Shown: positions 1 to 7,882 of the stretch, one piece after another
Numbering within the stretch: position 1 is the stretch's first letter
How the letters are laid out: each line of letters starts with the position of its first letter
IMG/VR virus record: IMGVR_UViG_3300020514_000004
Location: 1 to 49,190 of that record
Length of the DNA stretch: 49,190 nucleotides
Reading direction: 5' to 3' (one strand)
Source of the DNA: a virus
Lineage: Duplodnaviria; Caudoviricetes
The notes under the pieces: generated by a model
What the model was told of the DNA's origin: nothing
Seen by the model: only the letters and a program-made list of their open reading frames with translations
Database searches by the model: none
Made by a program: the position numbers and the translations under genes

Positions 1-278
1 CTGGTGGGGTCGGGCAGCTCGTGCGGCGGGACGGGGATGATGCCGTGCTCGAGCAGTCGCTTGCGGGAGGTGACCGTGGGCGCGTGCTCGAAGTCGTAGA
101 TCATCGTCCACTGGAACTCGTCCATCTTGTCGGCGTTGTTCTCGCGCATGAGCTTGGCGATGGCTGCCTTGCGGTCCTTGAAGTACTGCTCGATGTCGCG
201 GACGGCGTCGCGCTTGATGGAGGCGGACGGGTGCGGGTCGGTGTAGGGACGGGTGCGGGTGGCGAGCGTGGTGTTCAT
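1..278 (-). CDS. Hypothetical protein, runs off the window start (MNTTLATRTRPYTDPHPSASIKRDAVRDIEQYFKDRK...)
   Basis: ATG at 278 just after the stop of the upstream gene at 283; open to base 1; not in the ORF track. Confidence 0.65.
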   Translation of the reverse strand, partial: MNTTLATRTRPYTDPHPSASIKRDAVRDIEQYFKDRKAAIAKLMRENNADKMDEFQWTMIYDFEHAPTVTSRKRLLEHGIIPVPPHELPDPT

Positions 279-282
279 GGCG

Positions 283-510
283 TTACTCGGTGGGCGATGC
301 GATCTCGGAACGGAGCAGGTCGATCTGGGCCTGGAGGTTGTTGATGTGGTTGACGGCGAGGGTCAGCCGCAGGTGCAGGGAGACGGCGTCCTTGGCGAGG
401 TTGTAGATCATGTCCTGGTTGAGCGGGTAGCCGTTGATGTGGAACTTGTTGGTGGAGTCCACGAAGTTGCGAGCGGAGGCGAGGACGTCGGGGTTGGTGG
501 GGTCACGCAT
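283..510 (-). CDS. Hypothetical protein with C-terminal coiled coil
   Basis: Track ORF 283..549; likely start MRDPTNP at 510, overlapping the upstream stop. Confidence 0.65.
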   Translation of the reverse strand: MRDPTNPDVLASARNFVDSTNKFHINGYPLNQDMIYNLAKDAVSLHLRLTLAVNHINNLQAQIDLLRSEIASPTE

Positions 511-1291
511 GGGTGGGCTCCAGGTTGGTGATGTAGGAAGTGGCGGCACGAAGACGGTCGGGCGTGGTGAGTGCGTTGAGGGATCGCTTCTCGACCTCGG
601 TCACGGCTTGGAGGACGAGTCCCTTGGTGAGGCCGGCCGAGCGGGAGGGGAACAGGCCGCCCGGGCCGGTGGGGTTGGCGAGTTCGCGGCGCAGGTGCGG
701 GACGTTCTGCCACAGGACTGCGCCGTTGTCGGCGAGAGCGCAGGCGGTGGTGTCGATGAACTCGCGGGTGTCGGGCAGGGGCTGGGTGTCGAGGTCGTTG
801 AGGGCGGCGACGAATGTGCGGGCCTGGGTGATGAAGTTCACCATGCACGAGGCGATGGTTGAGTCGTAGGAGGAGGCGAGGCCCGGCGTGTTCTTGCGGT
901 GGAACGAGATGGCTTCGCCGCCTGACATGGCGAGGTTGTCGCAGACGAACGTGCGGAATGACATGGTGCCTGATTGGGCGAAGGACTTGTCCCAGGACGA
1001 GCGGAAGCCGAAGCCGACGAGGCCGTCGTTGGTGGGGGCCGGGATGAGGGGGTGCTCGAACTCGATGAGGCCGAAGAACTTGTCGGCACCGGTCTTGCCG
1101 TGCTTGACGGCGAGGGATTCGGTGCGGAGTGTTGCGCCCATCAGGGTGAGGGCCGAGCGGATGGCGGTGACGAAGGAGGAGTGCGGGATGGGGTGCCACG
1201 AGTCGGTGGGCTCGGGCGGGCAGATCATGGCGAGGTCATCGAAGGCGATGTCCTGTGCGCCGCAGTGGAGATAGAGGCGATTGGTTGACAT
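503..1291 (-). CDS. DUF932-family phage/plasmid protein
   Basis: PEPTDSWHPIPH, RSSWDKSFA, FVCDNLAMSG and RKNT motifs resemble DUF932; GAGGA RBS. Confidence 0.75.
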   Translation of the reverse strand: MSTNRLYLHCGAQDIAFDDLAMICPPEPTDSWHPIPHSSFVTAIRSALTLMGATLRTESLAVKHGKTGADKFFGLIEFEHPLIPAPTNDGLVGFGFRSSWDKSFAQSGTMSFRTFVCDNLAMSGGEAISFHRKNTPGLASSYDSTIASCMVNFITQARTFVAALNDLDTQPLPDTREFIDTTACALADNGAVLWQNVPHLRRELANPTGPGGLFPSRSAGLTKGLVLQAVTEVEKRSLNALTTPDRLRAATSYITNLEPTHA

Positions 1292-1294
1292 GGT

Positions 1295-1573
1295 TCAGTC
1301 CTCGAGTTCGGGGTTGATGGTGTGGACCTTGGTGGAGAGGGCGTAGCAGTGATCTCGGCAGACGTTGGCGTTGGCCTGCCAGGAGCGGAAGGCCTCGGCG
1401 TAGGAGTTGGTGGCGCAGACGAGGTGGGTGACGCAGGTGTCGGGGTCGGGGTAGTCGGTGGCGATGACCTCTGGCATGGAGTCGGAGGGCGTTGCCCAGA
1501 CCTGCATGATGCGGCCGGTGGGGGTGACTGCGCAGAAGACTTGGTACTTGGCGGTGATGATCGGGGTCGGCAT
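1295..1573 (-). CDS. Hypothetical protein
   Basis: 92 aa ORF, GGAG RBS, abuts next gene. Confidence 0.7.
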   Translation of the reverse strand: MPTPIITAKYQVFCAVTPTGRIMQVWATPSDSMPEVIATDYPDPDTCVTHLVCATNSYAEAFRSWQANANVCRDHCYALSTKVHTINPELED

Positions 1574-1608
1574 GGGACTGCTCCGGTCAAAGGGAAATGA
1601 AGAGGAAG

Positions 1609-1649
1609 TCCCCCGCGCAGGGGACGCGTGAGCGGCCCTGCGCGGGGGA
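1609..1649 (-). promoter_or_regulatory. GC-rich hairpin followed leftward by a pyrimidine tract (terminator or processing site)
   Basis: TCCCCCGCGCAGGG...CCCTGCGCGGGGGA inverted repeat; apical cgc-GTGA-gcg on +. Confidence 0.65.
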
Positions 1650-1668
1650 TGCGAAAGGACTGGTGGGG

Positions 1669-2250
1669 TCAGGTGTGGGCCCAGAGGACGCGGCGGTCGA
1701 GCGGACCGTGGGAGGTCCAGGACGAGTCGGGGTCACGGGCAAGTCGGTTGGTGCGGGCACAGCGGACGATGCCGAGTCGGCGGTACAGGCGTGCGCGGAG
1801 TGCGCGGCGCTGGTCGTGCTGGCAGGTGGAGAGGACGGCGGAGGTGGGTGGACGCGGGGTGACGCGGACGGGCTGGGGCTGGGCGTAGCGGTGTGCGCCG
1901 CCTGCGGACATGGAGAGGTCGTGCTCGGCGAGACGACGGTTCCACTGGCGGTAGGCGTGTTGCCACGGGCCGGGCAGGGACTCGAGCGAGCGGGTCAGTT
2001 CCCACGCGGCGCGGAACGAGAACTCCTCGGTGTAGGAGCCATCGACTTCGGCGGGGACTGAGATGGGCTCGGCGAGCGTGTCGTGGGCTGGGGCTGAGAA
2101 GTAGGGACGGTGGTCTTCGGTGAGCGGGAGGTTGGGCAGCGTGGTGGGGGTGACGGCGTCGATCTCGGAGTGGCGAACGACCCAGCAGGAGAACGGGATG
2201 GGGGTGAGAAGAGCGGCGACGGTGAGAGACGGAAGAGATGGAGATGGCAT
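1669..2250 (-). CDS. Hypothetical protein (MPSPSLPSLTV...)
   Basis: C-terminal part of track ORF 1669..2676; ATG at 2250 preceded by AAAGGAA. Confidence 0.65.
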   Translation of the reverse strand: MPSPSLPSLTVAALLTPIPFSCWVVRHSEIDAVTPTTLPNLPLTEDHRPYFSAPAHDTLAEPISVPAEVDGSYTEEFSFRAAWELTRSLESLPGPWQHAYRQWNRRLAEHDLSMSAGGAHRYAQPQPVRVTPRPPTSAVLSTCQHDQRRALRARLYRRLGIVRCARTNRLARDPDSSWTSHGPLDRRVLWAHT

Positions 2251-2275
2251 GTGGTTCCTTTCGCGGAGAGCCCGT

Positions 2276-2311
2276 CCCCCACCAGCGTGCAGGAGCAGAG
2301 GCTGGTGGGGG
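2276..2311. repeat. Intergenic hairpin whose arms are two inverted copies of the GCTGGTGGGG motif
   Basis: CCCCCACCAGC-N14-GCTGGTGGGGG. Confidence 0.8.
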
Positions 2312-2326
2312 AGCGAGTGGATGGAC

Positions 2327-2926
2327 TCAGCGACGCACGGCCTTGAGCTTGCGCTTGGGCTGGCGTTCCATGTCGCAGTCATCGCCGGTGAACGAGGCGG
2401 CGGGGTCGACCTCGTTGGCAGCCGAGAGGTAGGACGGCACGGCTGCGGAGCCGCGGACGTTGGCGAACTCGCGGTCACCGCTGGTCTTCCACTCGATGTT
2501 GGGAGCGACGCGGGAGCCGGCGAGGGCGGATGCGTACTCGGCGATGGAGCGGAAGGACGAGATGACGCCGGGCTTGTCGGCGGATGCGAGGGCGTCGCGG
2601 AGCTGGTTGCAGAGGGTGCGGACCGAGTCACGGGACAGGCCGGTGCACTCGATGAGGTCGCAGAACACGTTGGCACCCACGGCGGAGAAGGCGGTGCCGT
2701 TGGTGAAGGAGATGAGGTCCGTGACGGTCAGGCGGGGCATGCCCTGGGCCTGGTCGACGGCGAGCGTGAGGCGGAAGCGCAGGCAGAACTCGCCGTTCTT
2801 GTCCGTGGTCTGGGCGTCGACCTTCGTGACGGTCGCGGAGTAGCGGCCGTTGGGGTAGTCGGTGGACGAGGCGTAGCGGAAGGCGGACAGGTCAGCGGAC
2901 GCGAGCGAATCGAACTTGATGTCCAT
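2327..2926 (-). CDS. Putative ssDNA-binding protein, DUF669-like
   Basis: DYPNGRYSATVTKVD start, beta-rich core, REFANV and acidic stretch near the C-terminus; ATG at 2926 after TACGGAG. Confidence 0.5.
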   Translation of the reverse strand: MDIKFDSLASADLSAFRYASSTDYPNGRYSATVTKVDAQTTDKNGEFCLRFRLTLAVDQAQGMPRLTVTDLISFTNGTAFSAVGANVFCDLIECTGLSRDSVRTLCNQLRDALASADKPGVISSFRSIAEYASALAGSRVAPNIEWKTSGDREFANVRGSAAVPSYLSAANEVDPAASFTGDDCDMERQPKRKLKAVRR

Positions 2927-2974
2927 TGTGGACTCCGTAAGAAAGAGAAAGAAAGAAGAAAGAAACGAGTGCAA

Positions 2975-3015
2975 CCCCCGTGCGGGGGGTGCGCAAGCAC
3001 TCCCCCCGCACGGGG
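2975..3015 (-). promoter_or_regulatory. Hairpin (GCAA loop on +) followed leftward by a long (T/C) tract
   Basis: CCCCGTGCGGGGGGTGC-GCAA-GCACTCCCCCCGCACGGGG; minus strand continues TTTCTTTCTTCTTTCTTTCTCTTTC. Confidence 0.7.
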
Positions 3016-3024
3016 TGTAGGAGA

Positions 3025-3159
3025 TCAGTGGGAAATGCAAGAGGGACAGAACCGGAGGCATTCGATGTTGCCATCGGACTCGGTGTAACGGCAGGTGGTG
3101 AGGAGTTCGGGGTCGAACTGCTGCTCGCAGCCGTCGCAGGTCTCGGTGTCGGGGTCCAT
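3025..3159 (-). CDS. Small zinc-ribbon-like protein, 44 aa
   Basis: MDPDTETCDGC...FCPSCISH has two CxxC pairs; AAGGA RBS; coupled to upstream stop. Confidence 0.6.
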   Translation of the reverse strand: MDPDTETCDGCEQQFDPELLTTCRYTESDGNIECLRFCPSCISH

Positions 3160-3161
3160 GG

Positions 3162-3488
3162 TCAGTCCTTGAGGTGGAGGATGTCGCGGAGCAGGCGGCG
3201 GTAGACGCCTCGCTCGGTGATGACGGTGTCGATCTCGTCCTTGAGCCGGCGCTCCTCGATGCGCGAGGTCTGCCGCATGTTGTCCATCATGCTGCGCAGG
3301 TTCTTGATCTTCGACTCGTCTTCCTCGTGGATCTTGGTGAGTTGGGAGACCTGCTCGTTGAGTTCGGCGATCCGGTCGTTGAGCTGGCGGATGGTGTGGT
3401 GCGCGTCGCGGAGCGGCTTGTTGGGGTCCGCGTGCAGGGCGTAGGTGGACGGGGTCGGCTTGATGTTGTTCTTCCAGTCGTCGGTCAT
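3162..3488 (-). CDS. Coiled-coil hypothetical protein
   Basis: Start MTDDWKNN after GAGGA; heptad-rich. Confidence 0.7.
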   Translation of the reverse strand: MTDDWKNNIKPTPSTYALHADPNKPLRDAHHTIRQLNDRIAELNEQVSQLTKIHEEDESKIKNLRSMMDNMRQTSRIEERRLKDEIDTVITERGVYRRLLRDILHLKD

Positions 3489-3532
3489 GGTGTCCTCGGG
3501 GTTGGAGTTGGATGGTGGGGGGAGGGAGGAAA

Positions 3533-3568
3533 GGGGGTACTTCCCCCGCGCAAGCGGGAAGTACCCCC
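3533..3568 (-). promoter_or_regulatory. Hairpin (GCAA loop on +) with downstream pyrimidine tract
   Basis: GGGGGTACTTCCCCCGC-GCAA-GCGGGAAGTACCCCC. Confidence 0.7.
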
Positions 3569-3574
3569 GAGGGG

Positions 3575-3913
3575 TCACGAGGGCGTACCGCACCGGACGC
3601 AGCGGAAGTCAGCGTCCTGCTCCAGGTCGTGCTGGCAGGAGGCGCAGACGCGGCCGGCGTCGCGGTCGTTGTTGTCGGGGTGGTTGCACGGGCAGGTGAT
3701 GTGCGCACCGTGCCCGCAGGTCGAGCAGACCTCGAAGGTCAGGGCCTCGGCGTGCTCGATGATGCCCTCGGTGTTCTCGATGACGTGCAGGACGGGCGTG
3801 TGCAGTCCGTCCTTGTGCTGGATCATCAGGTTGCGCAGCATCCGCGCTTCGTTCTGGATGCGCTGGACGCTGGCGTGGATGTCGGAGATGACGCGGTCGG
3901 TCGGGGTCGGCAT
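3575..3913 (-). CDS. Cys-rich putative zinc-binding protein
   Basis: Start MPTPTDRV after AAAGGAG; CSTC, CPC, CASC, CVRC. Confidence 0.7.
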   Translation of the reverse strand: MPTPTDRVISDIHASVQRIQNEARMLRNLMIQHKDGLHTPVLHVIENTEGIIEHAEALTFEVCSTCGHGAHITCPCNHPDNNDRDAGRVCASCQHDLEQDADFRCVRCGTPS

Positions 3914-3982
3914 GGCTGTGGCTCCTTTCGCGAGCACGGGGTTGGTGTGCGACACACGGGACGCACAGGAGAGAGAGAGAAA

Positions 3983-4015
3983 GCCCCCCTCCCCTCGCAA
4001 GAGGGGGAGGGGGGC
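3983..4015 (-). promoter_or_regulatory. Hairpin (GCAA loop on +) followed leftward by (TC)n
   Basis: GCCCCCCTCCCCTC-GCAA-GAGGGGGAGGGGGGC. Confidence 0.7.
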
Positions 4016-4024
4016 GCAGGGGCG

Positions 4025-4384
4025 TCACGAGGCGGCGGGAGCGTCGCTGGACGCGACGGGCGCAGCGGGCGCGGGCTTGTTGGCGTAGACCGTCAGGACG
4101 GTCGCGCCATCAGCCCGGGTCGAGGTGCGCTCCGAGACGTAGCGCATCTCGCGCTTGTCGCCCGTGCGGCGGTTGACGAACTCGACCGTGCCCCACGCGG
4201 GCGCGCCGGCGAACTTGGAGGGGATGCCGGTGGTCACGACGAGTTCGTAGTCGCAGGACTCGACGGCGAGTCGGGCGGCGCGCGCCTCGGCGGCAACGGC
4301 ACGGGCTTCGGCCGCCTCGGCACGGGCGATAGCAGCGGCGAGGTCAGCGGAAACGGCGGAAACGGCAGCAATCTTGGTAGCCAC
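4025..4384 (-). CDS. Ala-rich hypothetical protein, first gene of the early-type cluster
   Basis: GTG at 4384 after GAAAGGA, inside track ORF 4025..4468. Confidence 0.65.
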   Translation of the reverse strand: MATKIAAVSAVSADLAAAIARAEAAEARAVAAEARAARLAVESCDYELVVTTGIPSKFAGAPAWGTVEFVNRRTGDKREMRYVSERTSTRADGATVLTVYANKPAPAAPVASSDAPAAS

Positions 4385-4439
4385 GGTGGGCGTCCTTTCG
4401 CAAACGGATGCAGGATGGACACAACCGCAACACGCGGTA

Positions 4440-4468
4440 GTGACCTCCTTCGCAAGAAGGGAGGTCAC
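4440..4468 (-). promoter_or_regulatory. Hairpin (GCAA loop on +)
   Basis: GTGACCTCCTTC-GCAA-GAAGGGAGGTCAC. Confidence 0.7.
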
Positions 4469-4589
4469 GGAAGCGCCGCGACTACACGCTCAACCGCCCG
4501 CCCGTCGAGGAGCCTCTGCGCCGGTTTGCGCTGACCGCGCCACGCGCTAGCACGGTCGAGGGAGGGGGTAGCGGCCCCTGCGTTGGGGT

Positions 4590-4710
4590 CTGATAATATG
4601 GGAAAGGGTCAATCCCTCTCAAAATTCCCTACCAAACCCCTAACCCGTACCAGTAATACCAACCTTTCTTTCCTTCGTAGAGATAGTTATATATAAAGGA
4701 TAGAAACCAC
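4590..4710. other. AT-rich non-coding control region (candidate origin, genome end or promoter region)
   Basis: Strongly AT-rich intergenic tract (GATAATAT, AGATAGTTATATATAAAGGATAGAAA) at a G/C skew flip. Confidence 0.5.
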
Positions 4711-4801
4711 CAGGTCACTCCGGTACGCCCCCTTGGCCCCATAAGCAAACACCCCCACCACCCGAAGGTGGCAGGGGCGCATGGAGAGAAGAAGCTCGTT
4801 A

Positions 4802-5053
4802 TCAGTCCATCTCGCCCAGGAAGTGCAGCCGCAGGTAGTGCAACGCGGCCTTCCGGACCTCCAGCTCCCCGTCGCTGGCCTTCCGACCCTCCTGCTTGAC
4901 CGCACCGCGCTCAGTCCCGATCCACCGGGGACCAGTCACGCCCTCCAGCCACTCCAGGTACTTCATCGCGGCACTTGCCCGCTGGGTTACATCGCCCATG
5001 ACTACACCCATCACCTGGTCGCAGCCCATCATGTCCTGGTCCGGTTGAGCCAT
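4802..5053 (-). CDS. Hypothetical protein
   Basis: 83 aa ORF with AGGAGG RBS overlapping the helicase stop. Confidence 0.7.
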   Translation of the reverse strand: MAQPDQDMMGCDQVMGVVMGDVTQRASAAMKYLEWLEGVTGPRWIGTERGAVKQEGRKASDGELEVRKAALHYLRLHFLGEMD

Positions 5054-5061
5054 CGCGCCTC

Positions 5062-6477
5062 CTAGTGCTCGTCATCGTACTCCTTTCGCAGGCTCATCCC
5101 AGCAATTCCTCGCTCATGTCCCTGCGATTCGCTCAGCCGCACCTGCCTCAGGTCCCAGCTGCTGCCCTGCGACACCTTCATCGGCAGCATGTTGCTCGCG
5201 ACGTGCATTCGGATCTTGTTGGCCTTCGTCCACGCATCCCACTGCGCCCGCAGAATCCCGTTGCTCACGAACCCGTCCTTCCTCGCCACGAACCGCGCCT
5301 CCAGGAACGCATCGAACGGGTTGTTCTGCAGGTGGTACAGGTGCACCGCACGCTCAGCAGCCTTCGGAATCGGCCACCGATCCGCCGCCTTGCTGTTCTC
5401 CAGCCTGTGCGCGCCCGCCACGCACCACGCCGCAATCCCCTCCAGCTCCTTCCCCAGCTCTGCCTCCAAGTCTAGGTCCTCCCTGCCCTCAAAGCTGACC
5501 TCGAACGGCAGCACCAGCATCTTCCCGCTCAGGCCCCTGCCCTTGTTGGGCAGCACCGGGATCTCGTTGCTCTGCATGATCACCGCCGCGTTCACGATCA
5601 CGTTCCGCTGCTGCCGCATGTACTTCGCGTCCACCGTCATCGGGTCACGGCCCACGATGTTCTTGACCACCCGGCACACCCTCTCCCCGCTCTTCCCGTC
5701 CAACTCACTCACCTCGTTGATGCTCAGCACCTTCGTCCGCTCCAGCCCGTCCATGCCGAAGCCCCCCGCCAGGTCCTCCAGGCTCGCGCCCATGAACGCA
5801 TCCCGGCCCACCAACTTCCGAATAGTGGAACTTATAGTTCCCTTTCCTCCCCTGATCTTGCCGTACATCAGCATCCACCTGGCGTACTTCCGGTTGCCCA
5901 TCAGGCAGTACCCCATCCACCGCGCCAGCAACTCGGCCCACACGGGATCGCCCTCACCCCACTCAGCAACCGCCTGCTGCCATCTGCTGGTGGGGGCATC
6001 CGGCTTGTAGTCCACCGGCAGGATTGCCGTGTCGAACCACCGCGCAGGCCTCGGGCACGTCTCCAGCGTCTTGACGTTTACCAGCCGATCCCGGAAAGCA
6101 ACAGTCTCCCCAGGCGGGAACCGCTCATCCGGCGCGTCAAGCCACAGCGGAACCTCCTCAGCCTCGATCCGCACCAACGCCTCCAGCGCCCGCACGACCC
6201 CGTCGACCTTCTGCTTGTCAGGGCTGTATCGCACCAGCACGGGGCCGTTCTGCGTCTGCCGCTCGTATACCGCGTCTTCCAGCACAAGCCACACACGGTC
6301 CCGGATGCGCTCCTCGTCAAGCACACGCCATGTGCCGCCCTCCCAGCTCCACCAGTCATTCTTCCATCTCCATAGTCCGCGCATGCCACCCGGCGCGGTA
6401 AACTGCCTCTGTATGATTCGCCGAGCCACCTTGACGGGCTCAAGCGACTGCAACGGGTTCTGCAACCAGTCAGTCAT
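5062..6477 (-). CDS. D5/P4-type SF3 DNA helicase without a recognisable primase domain
   Basis: Walker A YGKIRGGKGT, Walker B VLSINE, motif C IMQSNEIP, D5_N-like VAFRDRLVNVKT; AAGGAG RBS. Confidence 0.88.
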   Translation of the reverse strand: MTDWLQNPLQSLEPVKVARRIIQRQFTAPGGMRGLWRWKNDWWSWEGGTWRVLDEERIRDRVWLVLEDAVYERQTQNGPVLVRYSPDKQKVDGVVRALEALVRIEAEEVPLWLDAPDERFPPGETVAFRDRLVNVKTLETCPRPARWFDTAILPVDYKPDAPTSRWQQAVAEWGEGDPVWAELLARWMGYCLMGNRKYARWMLMYGKIRGGKGTISSTIRKLVGRDAFMGASLEDLAGGFGMDGLERTKVLSINEVSELDGKSGERVCRVVKNIVGRDPMTVDAKYMRQQRNVIVNAAVIMQSNEIPVLPNKGRGLSGKMLVLPFEVSFEGREDLDLEAELGKELEGIAAWCVAGAHRLENSKAADRWPIPKAAERAVHLYHLQNNPFDAFLEARFVARKDGFVSNGILRAQWDAWTKANKIRMHVASNMLPMKVSQGSSWDLRQVRLSESQGHERGIAGMSLRKEYDDEH

Positions 6478-6503
6478 CTTCTCTCCTTGTTGGAACGCCC
6501 ATT

Positions 6504-7367
6504 ATGGCATCTCAGCCGACAAATTCAAGTCTTGCCGACCGCTATGCGCAAATGTCTCGCATCTCCGAGATGCTCGACTCCCTCATCGGCCTTGACACTG
6601 CCACTCCATCCGGCACCTTCACCACCGGACCCAACCGCGGCCTGCCTGTCGCCGCGATGCCACCCTCCGCTACTCCCTTCCGACAGAAGTCCGGACCCCG
6701 CCGCGTCAGCAAGGTGACGGCCGAAACCGCCCGTGCCCGTACCGAGCGCGCAGGCCGACCCGCCAAGCTTGCCGAGCGTTTCGCCCGCAACGCGCCGAAG
6801 CCGCCCGCGCTCCTCGCCCGCGCAGAGCCTGCCCCCACCAAGGCCAAGCCAGCCGCTCCGGGCCCGCGTCCCGCGCCCTACTCAACGCGCGGTGTGGGTG
6901 AGAAGATGGCGGCTCCCGTGGGTCGACCGGAAACCAAGGCTGCACCCCGTCGTCAACCCATCGGCCCGTCCGCGCTCAGCCAAACGCTGGGCCGCATCGA
7001 CGCCGCGCCCGCTTCGTCCATCTACCAGAGTGCGCCCGGCCTCACCCGCGAGGACTACCGGCAGGCGCAGGAGATGATGGATCGTGCGCAGGAACAGCGC
7101 GCTTTCGACATCGGTTACGCCACGCAGGCCCGTCAACTCGGCGAGGAAGACGTCGCCCGCACCCAGCAGCAGTACGCACAGGGAGATGCCGACTTCCGCC
7201 GACGCATGGCCGAACTGGACGCCGACGCCTACGCCAAGCACATGACCGCGGGTCGTGCTGGCCGCCGCGCCGCTGTCGCTGCCGGTCGTGCAAGCCAGGC
7301 GGCCGATGCGCTGGGCAATTTTCCGCCTTCCATCCTCGATGAGCTCAGGCTCCGTCTCGGCTTCTGA
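6504..7367 (+). CDS. Hypothetical Ala/Pro/Arg-rich protein
   Basis: 287 aa ORF opening the rightward block. Confidence 0.7.
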   Translation: MASQPTNSSLADRYAQMSRISEMLDSLIGLDTATPSGTFTTGPNRGLPVAAMPPSATPFRQKSGPRRVSKVTAETARARTERAGRPAKLAERFARNAPKPPALLARAEPAPTKAKPAAPGPRPAPYSTRGVGEKMAAPVGRPETKAAPRRQPIGPSALSQTLGRIDAAPASSIYQSAPGLTREDYRQAQEMMDRAQEQRAFDIGYATQARQLGEEDVARTQQQYAQGDADFRRRMAELDADAYAKHMTAGRAGRRAAVAAGRASQAADALGNFPPSILDELRLRLGF

Positions 7368-7369
7368 CC

Positions 7370-7882
7370 TTGAGTGAGGCAGGCGAGCAGCATGTCATCT
7401 CCTTCGGCAGGGGCGTGCGCCTCATGTCGGAGGAGTACTACATCCGCGAGCTGCGGCCATACGGCATCGACAAGACCCGTGCCTTCCGCGCACTGTGCCG
7501 GGCCATCTGCTGCCCCATCATCGTGCTCGGCCGGGTGGGGTTCGTCGATCCCGCCACCTTCCAGCTCTGCATGAAGAACCTGTCGATGCCCGGGCAGAAG
7601 GACTTCATCGGCCCCAACTCCTACATGAAGGTCTACCGCAAGGCCCGCAAGCAGTACCGGAACAGCGTGGACCCCAAGGAGATCTACGCGAACTGGAAGC
7701 AGGTCGTGCGTGCCGTGGCCGACAGCCGGCGCATCAGGGGCCTCTCAATCCAGGACACGGATCGCGTGGCAATCCGAACTGCCGCGGAGGAACTGACGAG
7801 GTTTGTGCTTAGAATGATCCCGTCCCACGAACAGGGAATGAGCAATGGCAACCCGACCTCTGCGACCGATCAAGGTTCCTGA
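7370..7882 (+). CDS. Hypothetical protein
   Basis: 170 aa ORF starting 2 nt after the previous stop. Confidence 0.75.
   Translation: MSEAGEQHVISFGRGVRLMSEEYYIRELRPYGIDKTRAFRALCRAICCPIIVLGRVGFVDPATFQLCMKNLSMPGQKDFIGPNSYMKVYRKARKQYRNSVDPKEIYANWKQVVRAVADSRRIRGLSIQDTDRVAIRTAAEELTRFVLRMIPSHEQGMSNGNPTSATDQGS

Noticed and set aside
1561-1575. 15 nt identity TCGGGGTCGGCATGG with 3901-3915 (both genes start MPTP)
   Set aside because: Short and GC-rich; proteins diverge immediately, so too weak to call a repeat element
1609-4468. Intergenic hairpins as integron attC sites or CRISPR repeats
   Set aside because: No RYYYAAC/GTTRRRY ends, stems share no sequence, spacing is gene-sized, and no integrase or cas operon is present
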